64,000 bases of DNA from Verrucomicrobiota bacterium (GTDB lineage Bacteria > Verrucomicrobiota > Verrucomicrobiia > Limisphaerales > CANJSG01), in contig JAYVSO010000069.1 in NCBI GenBank assembly GCA_043775315.1, positions 748 through 64,747 of the forward strand, read 5' to 3'. The first letter of the stretch is position 1. Every line of letters starts with the position of its first letter. Of the stretch, positions 19,977 to 31,606 are shown in pieces. The notes beneath the pieces are model-generated. The model was not told the DNA's origin. It made no database searches and saw only the letters and a list, made by a program, of their open reading frames with translations. Made by a program: the position numbers and the translations under genes.

Positions 19977-20921
19977 GTGAAAATCTTCAGCGGAAACGCC
20001 AACCGAACCTTGGCCGAAGCAGTCGCGAAGTCCATCGGACGCGAACTCGGCAGGTGCACCGTCAACTCGTTTCCCGACGGCGAAACCTTCGTGAAGATCG
20101 ATGAGAACGTCCGCGGAGAGGATGTCTTCATCATCCAGCCGTCCAGTCCGCCGACGAACCACCACTTGATGGAGCTGTTCATCATGACGGATGCCGTCCG
20201 TCGTGCCAGCGCCAACCGGATAACGGCGGTGGTTCCCTTTTACGGCTATGCCCGCCAGGATCGCAAAGACCAACCGCGTGTCCCCATCACGGCCAAGCTG
20301 GTCGCGAACCTGATCGTCTCGGCCGGAGCCAACCGCGTTCTGACGATGGATCTCCACGCCCAGCAGATCCAAGGGTTCTTCGACATCCCGGTTGACCACC
20401 TCTACGCGGCCCCGGTGATGTATCAATATCTCAAGCAGAAGAACATCCAGAACCTTGTCGTGGTCAGTCCGGACGTCGGCGGCCTGAAGATGGCCTACGC
20501 CTACGCCCAGTCGCTCAACGCCGGCATTGCCATTGTCGCCAAACGCCGGAAGAGCCCGACTGAGATCGAGTCCATGGCCGTCATCGGTGAAGTCCGCGGA
20601 AAAAACGTGCTCATGGTCGACGACCTGACCGAAACCTGCGGAACGTTGACGGCGGCGGCTGAACTCCTGAAGAAGAAGGGGGCAAAGAAGATCATCGCCT
20701 GCGTCTCGCACGCGATATTGGGAGAGCTTGGGATCCAGCGTCTGAGGAAATCTTGTATTGACGAGTTGATCACCACTGATACGGTCCTCCGCCCTGCGAT
20801 TGAGGGCGTGAAAATCACCACGCTTTCAGTTGCGGGTTTGCTCGGCGAAGCCATTGAGCGGATTCACGGAAATTCCTCAGTGACCTCGCTATTTGAATTT
20901 AAGGGTGGCCGCACCAGTTAA
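19977..20921 (+). CDS. prs: Ribose-phosphate pyrophosphokinase
   Basis: KIFSGNAN, FPDGET, YGYARQDRK, DLHAQQIQGFF, VSPDVGG, VDDLTETCGT. Confidence 0.97.
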   Translation: MKIFSGNANRTLAEAVAKSIGRELGRCTVNSFPDGETFVKIDENVRGEDVFIIQPSSPPTNHHLMELFIMTDAVRRASANRITAVVPFYGYARQDRKDQPRVPITAKLVANLIVSAGANRVLTMDLHAQQIQGFFDIPVDHLYAAPVMYQYLKQKNIQNLVVVSPDVGGLKMAYAYAQSLNAGIAIVAKRRKSPTEIESMAVIGEVRGKNVLMVDDLTETCGTLTAAAELLKKKGAKKIIACVSHAILGELGIQRLRKSCIDELITTDTVLRPAIEGVKITTLSVAGLLGEAIERIHGNSSVTSLFEFKGGRTS

Positions 20922-20943
20922 AGCGGCACGACGACTTTAGACG

Positions 20944-21648
20944 ATGAAAGCTGTAGCACTGACCGCATATCCGAGAACTCTGGTCCGCCGCGGCGGCTCC
21001 AAAAAGCTCCGTGACCAAGGCCGCATTCCCGCCGTGATCTACGGCGGCCAAGTGAAGGCCGCAAACCTCGAAGTGAACAGCCGTGAGTTGACCGACCTGA
21101 TCAACCACTCGGTCTCCGAGACCATGCTCATCGACCTGACGGTATCGGGTGAACCCTCCAAGCGCTTGGCACTGGTTCAGGAAGTGCAGCACCACCCGCT
21201 TACCCGCAAAGTGTTGCACATCGATCTCCACCAGATCCAGGAGAATGAGACAGTGACCGTGACAGTCCCCGTCGAAACCAAGGGCGAACCCGTTGGCGTC
21301 AAGAGCGGCGGCGGCGTTCTCCAGCACACGCTCCTCAAGATCAGGGTCAGCGCTCTTCCCAAAGATTTGCCCGAAGCGATCATCATTGACGTTTCTGGTC
21401 TGGAAGCCGGGAAAGCGATACACATCGGCGAGGTTGCCGCTCCGGCCGGAGTGACTATCCTCGGCAAGAAGGAAGCGGTCGTTGTCGCAGTGGCCGAACC
21501 GAAGAAAGAAGTCGAAGTGGTCCCAATCGAAGGTGCTACCCCCGCAGCCGGCGCCGTCGAGATGATCAAGGAAAAGAAGGACGGCGACGCCAAGTCCGCG
21601 CCAGCCGCCAAGGCCGACGAGAAGAAGCCGGCCGAGAAAAAGAAGTAG
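20944..21648 (+). CDS. rplY: 50S ribosomal protein L25/Ctc
   Basis: LRDQGRIPAVIYG, QHHPLTRKVLHIDL, GVKSGGGVLQ; lies between prs and pth. Confidence 0.95.
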   Translation: MKAVALTAYPRTLVRRGGSKKLRDQGRIPAVIYGGQVKAANLEVNSRELTDLINHSVSETMLIDLTVSGEPSKRLALVQEVQHHPLTRKVLHIDLHQIQENETVTVTVPVETKGEPVGVKSGGGVLQHTLLKIRVSALPKDLPEAIIIDVSGLEAGKAIHIGEVAAPAGVTILGKKEAVVVAVAEPKKEVEVVPIEGATPAAGAVEMIKEKKDGDAKSAPAAKADEKKPAEKKK

Positions 21649-21699
21649 GCTTGTAGGATTTGGCAGCCGGCAGATTCGCTGCGGGCAGCCCTCCGTCTT

Positions 21700-22311
21700 G
21701 TGGATTCGCTCTGGCTCATCGCCGGCCTCGGCAATCCCGGAAGGGAATATCTCCGGACCCGGCACAATGCCGGATTCCTCTTGGTGGAGACGTTGGCGGA
21801 ACGGTGGGGTGGATCTTGGACCGAGGCCCCGCGGCAACAGGCGAAAATTGCTCGGGCCAAGAACGGTGGACATACGGTTCTGCTGGCACAGCCGCAGACC
21901 TATATGAACGCCAGCGGAGAATCGCTCCGGGCTCTGGTCGACTTCTACAAAGTCCCCCTCGCCCGCGTGATGATCGCAGTGGACGATGCGGATCTGGAGC
22001 TGGGCAACATCCGGCTCCGGGGTGATGGAAGCTCCGGCGGCCATCACGGACTCGAATCCATCGAGAAGCATCTCGCCACCCGGGCCTACGCCCGGCAACG
22101 ACTGGGAATCGGACGGCGCAACGACGGGGTCAGGCAGATCGAGGGGTTCGTCCTTCATCCGTTCCCGGCGGACGAATGGAAAGTTTTTGAGTCGGTTCTG
22201 GAACAGGCCAGCCGCCAGCTGGAATGCTGGATGGCGGACGGAATCCAGCCGGCCATGAGTCGGTTTAACGGTGCGGCACCAAGTGCCCGCGAAAACAGGA
22301 AGACAACGTGA
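21700..22311 (+). CDS. pth: Peptidyl-tRNA hydrolase
   Basis: AGLGNPG, TRHNAGF, PQTYMNASG, GGHHGL. Confidence 0.97.
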   Translation: MDSLWLIAGLGNPGREYLRTRHNAGFLLVETLAERWGGSWTEAPRQQAKIARAKNGGHTVLLAQPQTYMNASGESLRALVDFYKVPLARVMIAVDDADLELGNIRLRGDGSSGGHHGLESIEKHLATRAYARQRLGIGRRNDGVRQIEGFVLHPFPADEWKVFESVLEQASRQLECWMADGIQPAMSRFNGAAPSARENRKTT

Positions 22312-22640
22312 AGAAATACGAAGGCTTGTTCATCTTGAACATCGTCGGCAAAGAAGACGGCGTGAAGGACATCATCGACCGCGTTTCGGCCGACATCATC
22401 GCCGCAGGCGGCAAGATCGAAACCGTGCAGAAGATGGACAAGAAGTCCTTCTCCCGCGTGGCCAACAAGAAGCACTCCTCGGGCTTCTACGTGAACATGA
22501 TTTTCGAGCTCGCACCCGCGGCGCTGACCGGCCTCCGGAACAAATTCGCTTCGAACGCCGACGTCTTCCGTGTTCTGCTCCATATCGCGGGCAAGAATCC
22601 GGTCCCTACCACGGCTCCGATCGCCGTCGCCGCCAAGTAA
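22308..22640 (+). CDS. rpsF: 30S ribosomal protein S6
   Basis: MKKYEGLFIL, GFYVNMIF; position before ssb. Confidence 0.9.
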   Translation: MKKYEGLFILNIVGKEDGVKDIIDRVSADIIAAGGKIETVQKMDKKSFSRVANKKHSSGFYVNMIFELAPAALTGLRNKFASNADVFRVLLHIAGKNPVPTTAPIAVAAK

Positions 22641-22655
22641 TTTCCCAACCCGGAC

Positions 22656-23126
22656 ATGGCGGCGAACTTCAACAAAGTGATCCTCGCGGGAAATCTTACC
22701 CGCGATCCCGAGCTGCGCTACACGCCGCAGGGAACCGCCATCGCCAAGATCGGTCTCGCCATCAACCGCCGTTACACGGGGCAGGACGGCCAGACCAAGG
22801 ACGAGACGACGTTCGTCGACGTCGACGCCTTCGGCAAACAGGCCGAAGTCATCGGCCAGTATCTGAAGAAAGGGCGCCCGGTCCTGATCGAAGGCCGTCT
22901 CAAGCTCGACCAGTGGGACGACAAGACCACCGGACAGAAGCGCAGTCGTCTTGGAGTGATTCTGGAGTCGTTCCAGTTCATCGATTCCAAAGCGGGGGGA
23001 GCCGAAGGCTCTTCAGCCCCGTCTGCACCCGCCCCGAATCGCCCTGCGCGTCCCGCGGCCCAGCCCGCGAGTCCGGCATCCGAGTCCGACGTTCCTCCGA
23101 TCGAGGACGACGACGTTCCATTCTGA
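22656..23126 (+). CDS. ssb: Single-stranded DNA-binding protein
   Basis: NKVILAGNLTRDPELRYTP, acidic DDDVPF tail. Confidence 0.98.
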   Translation: MAANFNKVILAGNLTRDPELRYTPQGTAIAKIGLAINRRYTGQDGQTKDETTFVDVDAFGKQAEVIGQYLKKGRPVLIEGRLKLDQWDDKTTGQKRSRLGVILESFQFIDSKAGGAEGSSAPSAPAPNRPARPAAQPASPASESDVPPIEDDDVPF

Positions 23127-23158
23127 TTCCCTCCGCGTTCAACTAACTCCCACGCTTT

Positions 23159-23743
23159 ATGGCAAAGATCGAAGTCATCCTGACCCACAACATTGTGGGA
23201 TTGGGCGGTGAATCCGACCAGGTCAAGGTCGCCGCCGGCTACGCCCGCAACTACCTCCTTCCCCAGGGACTCGCAGTTCCGGTGAACCAGGCTAACAAGA
23301 AACGCCTTGAAGCCCTGCAGCGACGGCGCGCTGATCGTGAGGCCCACGACTTGAACTCGATGACCGAGCTCGCCAAGAGCATCGGCAAGCTGCTCACCGT
23401 GATCACTGTCAAGACGGGCGACGACGGCAAGCTGTTCGGTTCCGTCACCAGCGGTTCCATCGCGGACGCCCTGAAGACCCAGTTCGACATCTCGCTCGAC
23501 AAAAAGAAGATCCACCTCAAGGAACCCCTCAAGACTTTGGGCGACCACGAAGTCGATCTGCGACTGCACGCCGAAGTGCATGCCACCCTCAAGGTGCGCC
23601 TCGAAAGCTCCACGCCGATCGTCGTCGCGGCAGCTCCCTCCCCGGTTGAAGCGGAGAAGACCGAGAAGCGAGGCAAGCGTTCCGAAACCCCGAAGGCGGA
23701 GGCCGCTCCAGCCAAGCCCGAAGGCAAGTCCAAGAAGGCCTAA
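23159..23743 (+). CDS. rplI: 50S ribosomal protein L9
   Basis: VKVAAGYARNYLLPQG, GKLFGSVT. Confidence 0.97.
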   Translation: MAKIEVILTHNIVGLGGESDQVKVAAGYARNYLLPQGLAVPVNQANKKRLEALQRRRADREAHDLNSMTELAKSIGKLLTVITVKTGDDGKLFGSVTSGSIADALKTQFDISLDKKKIHLKEPLKTLGDHEVDLRLHAEVHATLKVRLESSTPIVVAAAPSPVEAEKTEKRGKRSETPKAEAAPAKPEGKSKKA

Positions 23744-23766
23744 TCCCCGGTTCCATCAGTCATTTC

Positions 23767-23800
23767 AAAGCCCGACAGTTCGCTGTCGGGCTTTTTTCTT
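23767..23800 (+). terminator. Intrinsic terminator of prs-rplI operon
   Basis: AAAGCCCGACAG-ttcg-CTGTCGGGCTTT followed by TTTCTT. Confidence 0.9.
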
Positions 23801-23850
23801 GCGCGCACCGCCCCACAAAATCGCAACGAACACCGGCTAGCCAATCAACG

Positions 23851-23888
23851 AAAAACCGGCTGACCACCGCGGGGCGATCAGCCGGTTT
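23851..23888 (-). terminator. Intrinsic terminator after gyrA
   Basis: AAACCGGCTGA...TCAGCCGGTTT inverted repeat with A-run on the left (U-tract on minus strand). Confidence 0.7.
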
Positions 23889-23906
23889 GGGTTCTTGAAC
23901 CGCGAC

Positions 23907-26537
23907 TCAGGACAGAGCGAGCGCGCCTTCACCGGCGGCTTCGTCTTCGGCCTTCTCGGAGATGACCGGAGCGATGGCCTGGAGACGGGCTTTGCCGTCG
24001 AGGTTGATGAGCTTAACGCCCTGCGTGTTTCGACCAGCCTCGCGGATGCCCTGAACAGGGATGCGGACCATCTGACCAGCGCTCGTGATGAGCATGATCT
24101 CGTCGGTGTCGCGCACGGTCAGGGCCCCGACCACGTTGCCGGTCTTGTCGCCGGTCTTCATGGTGATGATTCCTTTGCCGCCGCGGCTCTGGACGCGGTA
24201 TTCCTCGAAGTCCGTCCGCTTGCCGATGCCGTGTTCGCCGGCAACGAGCAAAGTCGAACCTGGATCGACCAGGGCGCATGCAACAACCGCGTCGGTCTTC
24301 TCCAGCTCGATCCCCTTCACGCCGGCCGCGCTGCGGCCCATTGAACGCACCTGGTCTTCGACGAACCGGATGCTCATGCCCTCGCGGGTGATGAGAACGA
24401 TCTCGTCCTTGCCGCTGGTCAGCCGCACTTCGACGAGGTCGTCGCCCTGTTCAAGCGTGATGGCGATGATGCCGCCCTTGCGGACGTTCTGGAAATCGAT
24501 CAACGCCGTGCGCTTCACCGTGCCCTTGCGGGTGACGAAGAAGAGCTCGTTGGTCTGTTGCCACGTCTGGTCTTCCTTGTTGGCCCCATACTTGGCGACA
24601 ACGCGGACGAGGGTCTGGATCTTCTCCTCGGCGCGGAGCTCGAGCATGTTGGCGATCGACCGGCCCTTGGCGGCCCGGCCCATGTCGGGAATCTCGTGGA
24701 CCCGCTCCACGTAGACACGTCCGAGGTTCGTGAAGAACATCAGATAGTCGTGCGTGCTGCAGGTGAAGAGGTGCTCGATGAAGTCGGCGTCTTCCGGCTT
24801 CTCGGCTTCACGCGTGGACATGCCGATGACTCCCTTGCCACCCCGGCGCTGCGCCCGGTAGCTGGAGACGTTGGTGCGTTTGATCAGGCCATTGTGGGTC
24901 AAGGTGACGATGACGCCTTCGTTGGCGATGAGGTCCTCGATGGCGATCTCGCCTTCGTCGGGAACGATCTCGGACATGCGCGGCGTGGCGTGCTTGTCCT
25001 TAATCGCCTTCAATTCGGTCTTGATGATCGACATAACGCGCGACTCCTTCGCGAGGATGTCGAGCAGGTCGGCGATGGTCTTGAGAAGCTCAGTGTATTC
25101 GGCGATGACCTTGTCGATTTCGAGACCGGTCAGACGATAGAGCTGGAGCTCGAGGATGGCATCGACCTGACGCGCGGTCAGCGACCAGCGTCCGGCCACG
25201 AGGCGGCCTTCGCTGCGGACGAGGACACCCCACTTCTCAACCTGGGCCTTCGTCCATTCGAAGGCGAGAAGTTTGACCTTCGCTTCATCGCGGTTCTTGG
25301 AACTGCGGATAATGCGGATGAACTCGTCGAGGTTCCGCAACGCGGCGACGTAGCCTTCGAGGATCTCGGCGCGCTCCTCGGCCTTGCGGAGCTCAAACCG
25401 TGTCCGGCGCAGGATGACTTCGCGGCGGTGGTCGATATAGGCCGCGATGAGCTCCTTCAGGTTGAGCGTCTTCGGGCGGCCATGGTCGATGGCGAGGACG
25501 TTTGCGGAGAACGATTTCTCAAGCTCGGTGTGCTTGAAGAGATTGTTGATGACTACCTTCGGGATCGCATCGCGCTTGAGCTCGATGACCAGCCGGGTGT
25601 TCTCGTCCGACTCGTTCCGCATCGCGGAGATGTCGGTGATGATCTTCTGGTTCACCAAGTCGGCGATCTTCTCCTCCAAGGCGGCCCGGTTCACGTTGAA
25701 CGGAATCGCGGTGATCACGAGTTGCTCACGGCCACCCTTCATCTGCTCCACCCCCACCCTGCCCCGCTGCTTGATGCTGCCGCGGCCGGTCGTGAGATAC
25801 TGTTTGAGACCCTCGACGCCACAGATGACGCCGCCGGTCGGAAAGTCCGGGCCTTTGATGAATTTCATCAGCTGCGGGATCGTGATCTCCGGGTTGTCGA
25901 TCTGCGCGCAGATGCCGTCGACGACCTCGCCGAGGTTGTGCGGCGGGATGTTCGTGGCCATGCCGACGGCGATGCCCGTGCCCCCGTTGACGAGCAGGTT
26001 CGGGAACGCCGCGGGAAAGACGGTGGGTTCGGTGAGGCGTTCGTCGTAGTTCGGGACGAAATCCACCGTGTCCTTCTCCATGTCGTGCATCAGCGCGGCG
26101 CCGAGATGCGTGAGGCGCGCCTCGGTATAACGCATGGCCGCCGGAGGATCGTTCTCGATGGAGCCGAAGTTGCCTTTTCCGTCGACCAGCTTCTCACGCA
26201 CGGCCCACGGCTGGGCCATGTGGACGAGCGTGGGGTAGATGACGGCTTCGCCGTGCGGGTGGAAATTTCCGGAAGTGTCGCCGCAGATCTTCGCACACTT
26301 CATGTGCTTGCGGCCGGGGAACAGCGAGAGCTGCTCCATGGCGTAGAGGATGCGGCGCTGCGAGGGCTTCAACCCGTCGCGCACATCGGGCAGCGCGCGG
26401 GAGATGATGACCGACATCGAGTAGTCGAGGAACGACGCCTTGATCTCCTCGGCGACGTTGATCTTGGCGATCTTCTCGTTGAGGGCGTAGGCGGGAACAG
26501 ACGCGCCTGGCTTGGATGGTTCAGATTCTTCGGGCAT
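23907..26537 (-). CDS. gyrA: DNA gyrase subunit A
   Basis: [24 protein letters not shown], GyrA-box QRRGGKG, C-terminal pinwheel repeats. Confidence 0.98.
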   Translation of the reverse strand: MPEESEPSKPGASVPAYALNEKIAKINVAEEIKASFLDYSMSVIISRALPDVRDGLKPSQRRILYAMEQLSLFPGRKHMKCAKICGDTSGNFHPHGEAVIYPTLVHMAQPWAVREKLVDGKGNFGSIENDPPAAMRYTEARLTHLGAALMHDMEKDTVDFVPNYDERLTEPTVFPAAFPNLLVNGGTGIAVGMATNIPPHNLGEVVDGICAQIDNPEITIPQLMKFIKGPDFPTGGVICGVEGLKQYLTTGRGSIKQRGRVGVEQMKGGREQLVITAIPFNVNRAALEEKIADLVNQKIITDISAMRNESDENTRLVIELKRDAIPKVVINNLFKHTELEKSFSANVLAIDHGRPKTLNLKELIAAYIDHRREVILRRTRFELRKAEERAEILEGYVAALRNLDEFIRIIRSSKNRDEAKVKLLAFEWTKAQVEKWGVLVRSEGRLVAGRWSLTARQVDAILELQLYRLTGLEIDKVIAEYTELLKTIADLLDILAKESRVMSIIKTELKAIKDKHATPRMSEIVPDEGEIAIEDLIANEGVIVTLTHNGLIKRTNVSSYRAQRRGGKGVIGMSTREAEKPEDADFIEHLFTCSTHDYLMFFTNLGRVYVERVHEIPDMGRAAKGRSIANMLELRAEEKIQTLVRVVAKYGANKEDQTWQQTNELFFVTRKGTVKRTALIDFQNVRKGGIIAITLEQGDDLVEVRLTSGKDEIVLITREGMSIRFVEDQVRSMGRSAAGVKGIELEKTDAVVACALVDPGSTLLVAGEHGIGKRTDFEEYRVQSRGGKGIITMKTGDKTGNVVGALTVRDTDEIMLITSAGQMVRIPVQGIREAGRNTQGVKLINLDGKARLQAIAPVISEKAEDEAAGEGALALS

Positions 26538-26564
26538 GGCGGAAGCGGATGAAAGCTGGTGAAA

Positions 26565-29123
<2,559 letters not shown>

Positions 29124-29282
29124 TCATTCAGGACGAGTAATCCTAAGAAACGAGCCCCAGCGGCACAATGCCTTTCTGGCCCAACACCACAATGGATTGG
29201 GCGAAACGGTGGCAGTCCACCAAACGAATAGCGGCAGTCGGGTCTCCTGAACCCTTTTCGCGGTCAGCCAAACCCGACCAAC

Positions 29283-31484
29283 CTACCGGAGCTGGTTGAT
29301 CGTCCCGTAAGCCACCCCCGGAACCGGCTTCCCGGAAGCGTCTTCCACGTTCCACTTCAGCTCGAACTGGTTGACCGGCCGAAGGCCGGGAATAGCCAGG
29401 AAAACCGCCTTGCCGTCGCTGGACAACTTTGCGGCCGCAACGGGCACGTCATCCCGGCCTGCCTTGTCCGGAGAAGCGACCGACCAATCCTTGGAACCAT
29501 ACTGCGCGGCGTAGCGGTAGTTCCACCACTTGAGCCCGTAGCTGCCGACGTCTTCGGCCGTTTCCCGGCGCAACGGCGCGGAGAAGCGGACCTCAATTCC
29601 GCCCTTGGTCGCCGTCCAACCGACAGGCCAGACGACCGCTTTACCGGTCCAACGAACCCGCTGCAGCGCACCGTCCTTCACCGCACTGGTCTGCCAACCG
29701 GTGCTGCCCGCGACATAGAGCGCCTTGTCCTTGGGATTCCATGTGGCGCGGTTAGGGCCGGAGAGAAACCTGGCCGGCAAAGCCATCGCCAAACCTTGGG
29801 CCGCAGAGCCGGCCGCATCGCGGAGCACCACCATCGGGAAGCATCTACCCCAAGACAGATGGATCAACTGCCCTCCGAGCGGACCCCACTGGCCCTCGGC
29901 GATCCACGCCTGACCGCCGCTCGAATTGTCCACGCCATGAGGCAGCCAGCACATCGGCGCATCGAATCCCAACGTCCGCTGCTCCGTCTTCTTCGGCCCG
30001 CCGTAGCCGAAAAAGTCCCCCGCCCTGACCTCCGCGATGAACGACGATGGCGTCCATTCACCCTGCTGCGGCGCGACCGTGATGACTGCACCATCGGGAC
30101 GCACGCCCATGCCGTTGGGATTCCTAAAGCCAGTCGCGATCGTGTCGAGCTTCTTGCCGTCGGGCGAAATGCGATGAGCTCCCTTGGGATCGACGTAGTA
30201 GAAGTTGCCCGAGGAATCCGTCTCCAGACTCGTCACGTAGTCGTGCCCGCCGGTCGAAGTCTGAATGAGATCGCAGAAATTCTCGTAGAAGTCGGCTTCT
30301 CCGTCGCCGTTCAGATCCTTCAACCGCGTTATCCGATCGCGCCCCAGAACGTAAACCTCACCCCGGACCACCTTCAGCCCCAGCGGCTGATAGAGCCCGG
30401 TCGCAAACCGCTTCCACGTGAGCTTGTGCAGGTCCTTGTCGACGCCCGTCACGCGCCAGACGTCGCCATGGATCGTGCAGACAAAGGCCGCGCCATCCGG
30501 CGTGAAATCAACTCCCGCAAGGAACATCAGCGCCTTCCACGGATTCGCATACGGCACCGTCAATGTGTCCACCGCGAGCGGCCCGGTCGAGAGCCCGACC
30601 TCGCCCTTAGTCTCCAACGCCGGAAGCCAGCGGGGAGCACCGGGCTTGGCCAATTCGTTCGGCGAAATCGAAACCAGCTCCAAGCCCTTCAACCAAGCCG
30701 CCACTTCATCCATTGCGACCGGCTTCTCGGACCAACCGCTGTAAGCACGAATCGAAGCCGTTGCCGCCGGAACCACCGGTTCCGCCATCTTCCCCTCGAT
30801 CGCAAGGAAGCCCGTGCCTGAGCCTGCCGTTCCGGAGAAGACGGTGAACGTCCGGCTACCAAAAGCAGTTTCACTCCGGGACCAACCCGATCGAACCGCG
30901 TTCGTCATTCGGATCAACGTCGAACCCGGACCGACCTCCCAAGTTCTCAGAAAGGTGGTCCTGCCATCCGCATTGCGGATCTCGGGCACTTCGAGGACCT
31001 GCCGTCCGGAGGATTGGAACTCCAGCACAGTAGCCTTCGCGCCGGAATGGATTCCTCTAAACCGTTCGATGCCGCCGCTCCAAGCCAGACCTGCTCCGGG
31101 CTGGAGCACCGCGCCCCCCGGCTTCGGCGCTCCGATCAGTCCGAACCGGCCCGCGTCCGGGACCACGAATCCGTCCACCCAAGCGCCCGCGAGATTCATC
31201 GTCGCTGTGTCGTAGACGACCGCTCCCGCACCTGCTTTGACCGTGAGCGCCTTGGCGATGCTCACGCCGCCCGGCAGTCGCATTGCGGACGCGAGGAACG
31301 GTCCGATGTCGGTCTGCGCCCATCGGTTGTCCACCCAGTCGGCTTCCTTCTGCGCTCCCGGCTCGCGTCCGGAAACAAGCGGTTCGCCCGCCGGCCTCAC
31401 CTGCGCACCCGCCACGTTGGCGAACAGGCTGAAAGCCAATGCCGTCATGGCCACGCCTGACGCACGAGACGAATAGAGGATCAT
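29283..31484 (-). CDS. Secreted PVC-type beta-propeller protein (glucose/sorbosone dehydrogenase-like, DUF6797-like N-terminus)
   Basis: Signal peptide, WKRFATGLYQPLGL, DLNGDGEADFYE, ATGFRNPNG, QGEWTPSS; start may be ATG 31448. Confidence 0.7.
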   Translation of the reverse strand: MILYSSRASGVAMTALAFSLFANVAGAQVRPAGEPLVSGREPGAQKEADWVDNRWAQTDIGPFLASAMRLPGGVSIAKALTVKAGAGAVVYDTATMNLAGAWVDGFVVPDAGRFGLIGAPKPGGAVLQPGAGLAWSGGIERFRGIHSGAKATVLEFQSSGRQVLEVPEIRNADGRTTFLRTWEVGPGSTLIRMTNAVRSGWSRSETAFGSRTFTVFSGTAGSGTGFLAIEGKMAEPVVPAATASIRAYSGWSEKPVAMDEVAAWLKGLELVSISPNELAKPGAPRWLPALETKGEVGLSTGPLAVDTLTVPYANPWKALMFLAGVDFTPDGAAFVCTIHGDVWRVTGVDKDLHKLTWKRFATGLYQPLGLKVVRGEVYVLGRDRITRLKDLNGDGEADFYENFCDLIQTSTGGHDYVTSLETDSSGNFYYVDPKGAHRISPDGKKLDTIATGFRNPNGMGVRPDGAVITVAPQQGEWTPSSFIAEVRAGDFFGYGGPKKTEQRTLGFDAPMCWLPHGVDNSSGGQAWIAEGQWGPLGGQLIHLSWGRCFPMVVLRDAAGSAAQGLAMALPARFLSGPNRATWNPKDKALYVAGSTGWQTSAVKDGALQRVRWTGKAVVWPVGWTATKGGIEVRFSAPLRRETAEDVGSYGLKWWNYRYAAQYGSKDWSVASPDKAGRDDVPVAAAKLSSDGKAVFLAIPGLRPVNQFELKWNVEDASGKPVPGVAYGTINQLR

Positions 31485-31606
31485 GAGGGCACGATGTCAG
31501 GGATGCGTCCACGAGGAAAGGCTGCTCCGCCCAAGCGCGCACAATGAAGGTGGCAGCGCGTCCAATCGTCGCGTATCTGATTGTCCAGCCCACGACCGCT
31601 CATCGA

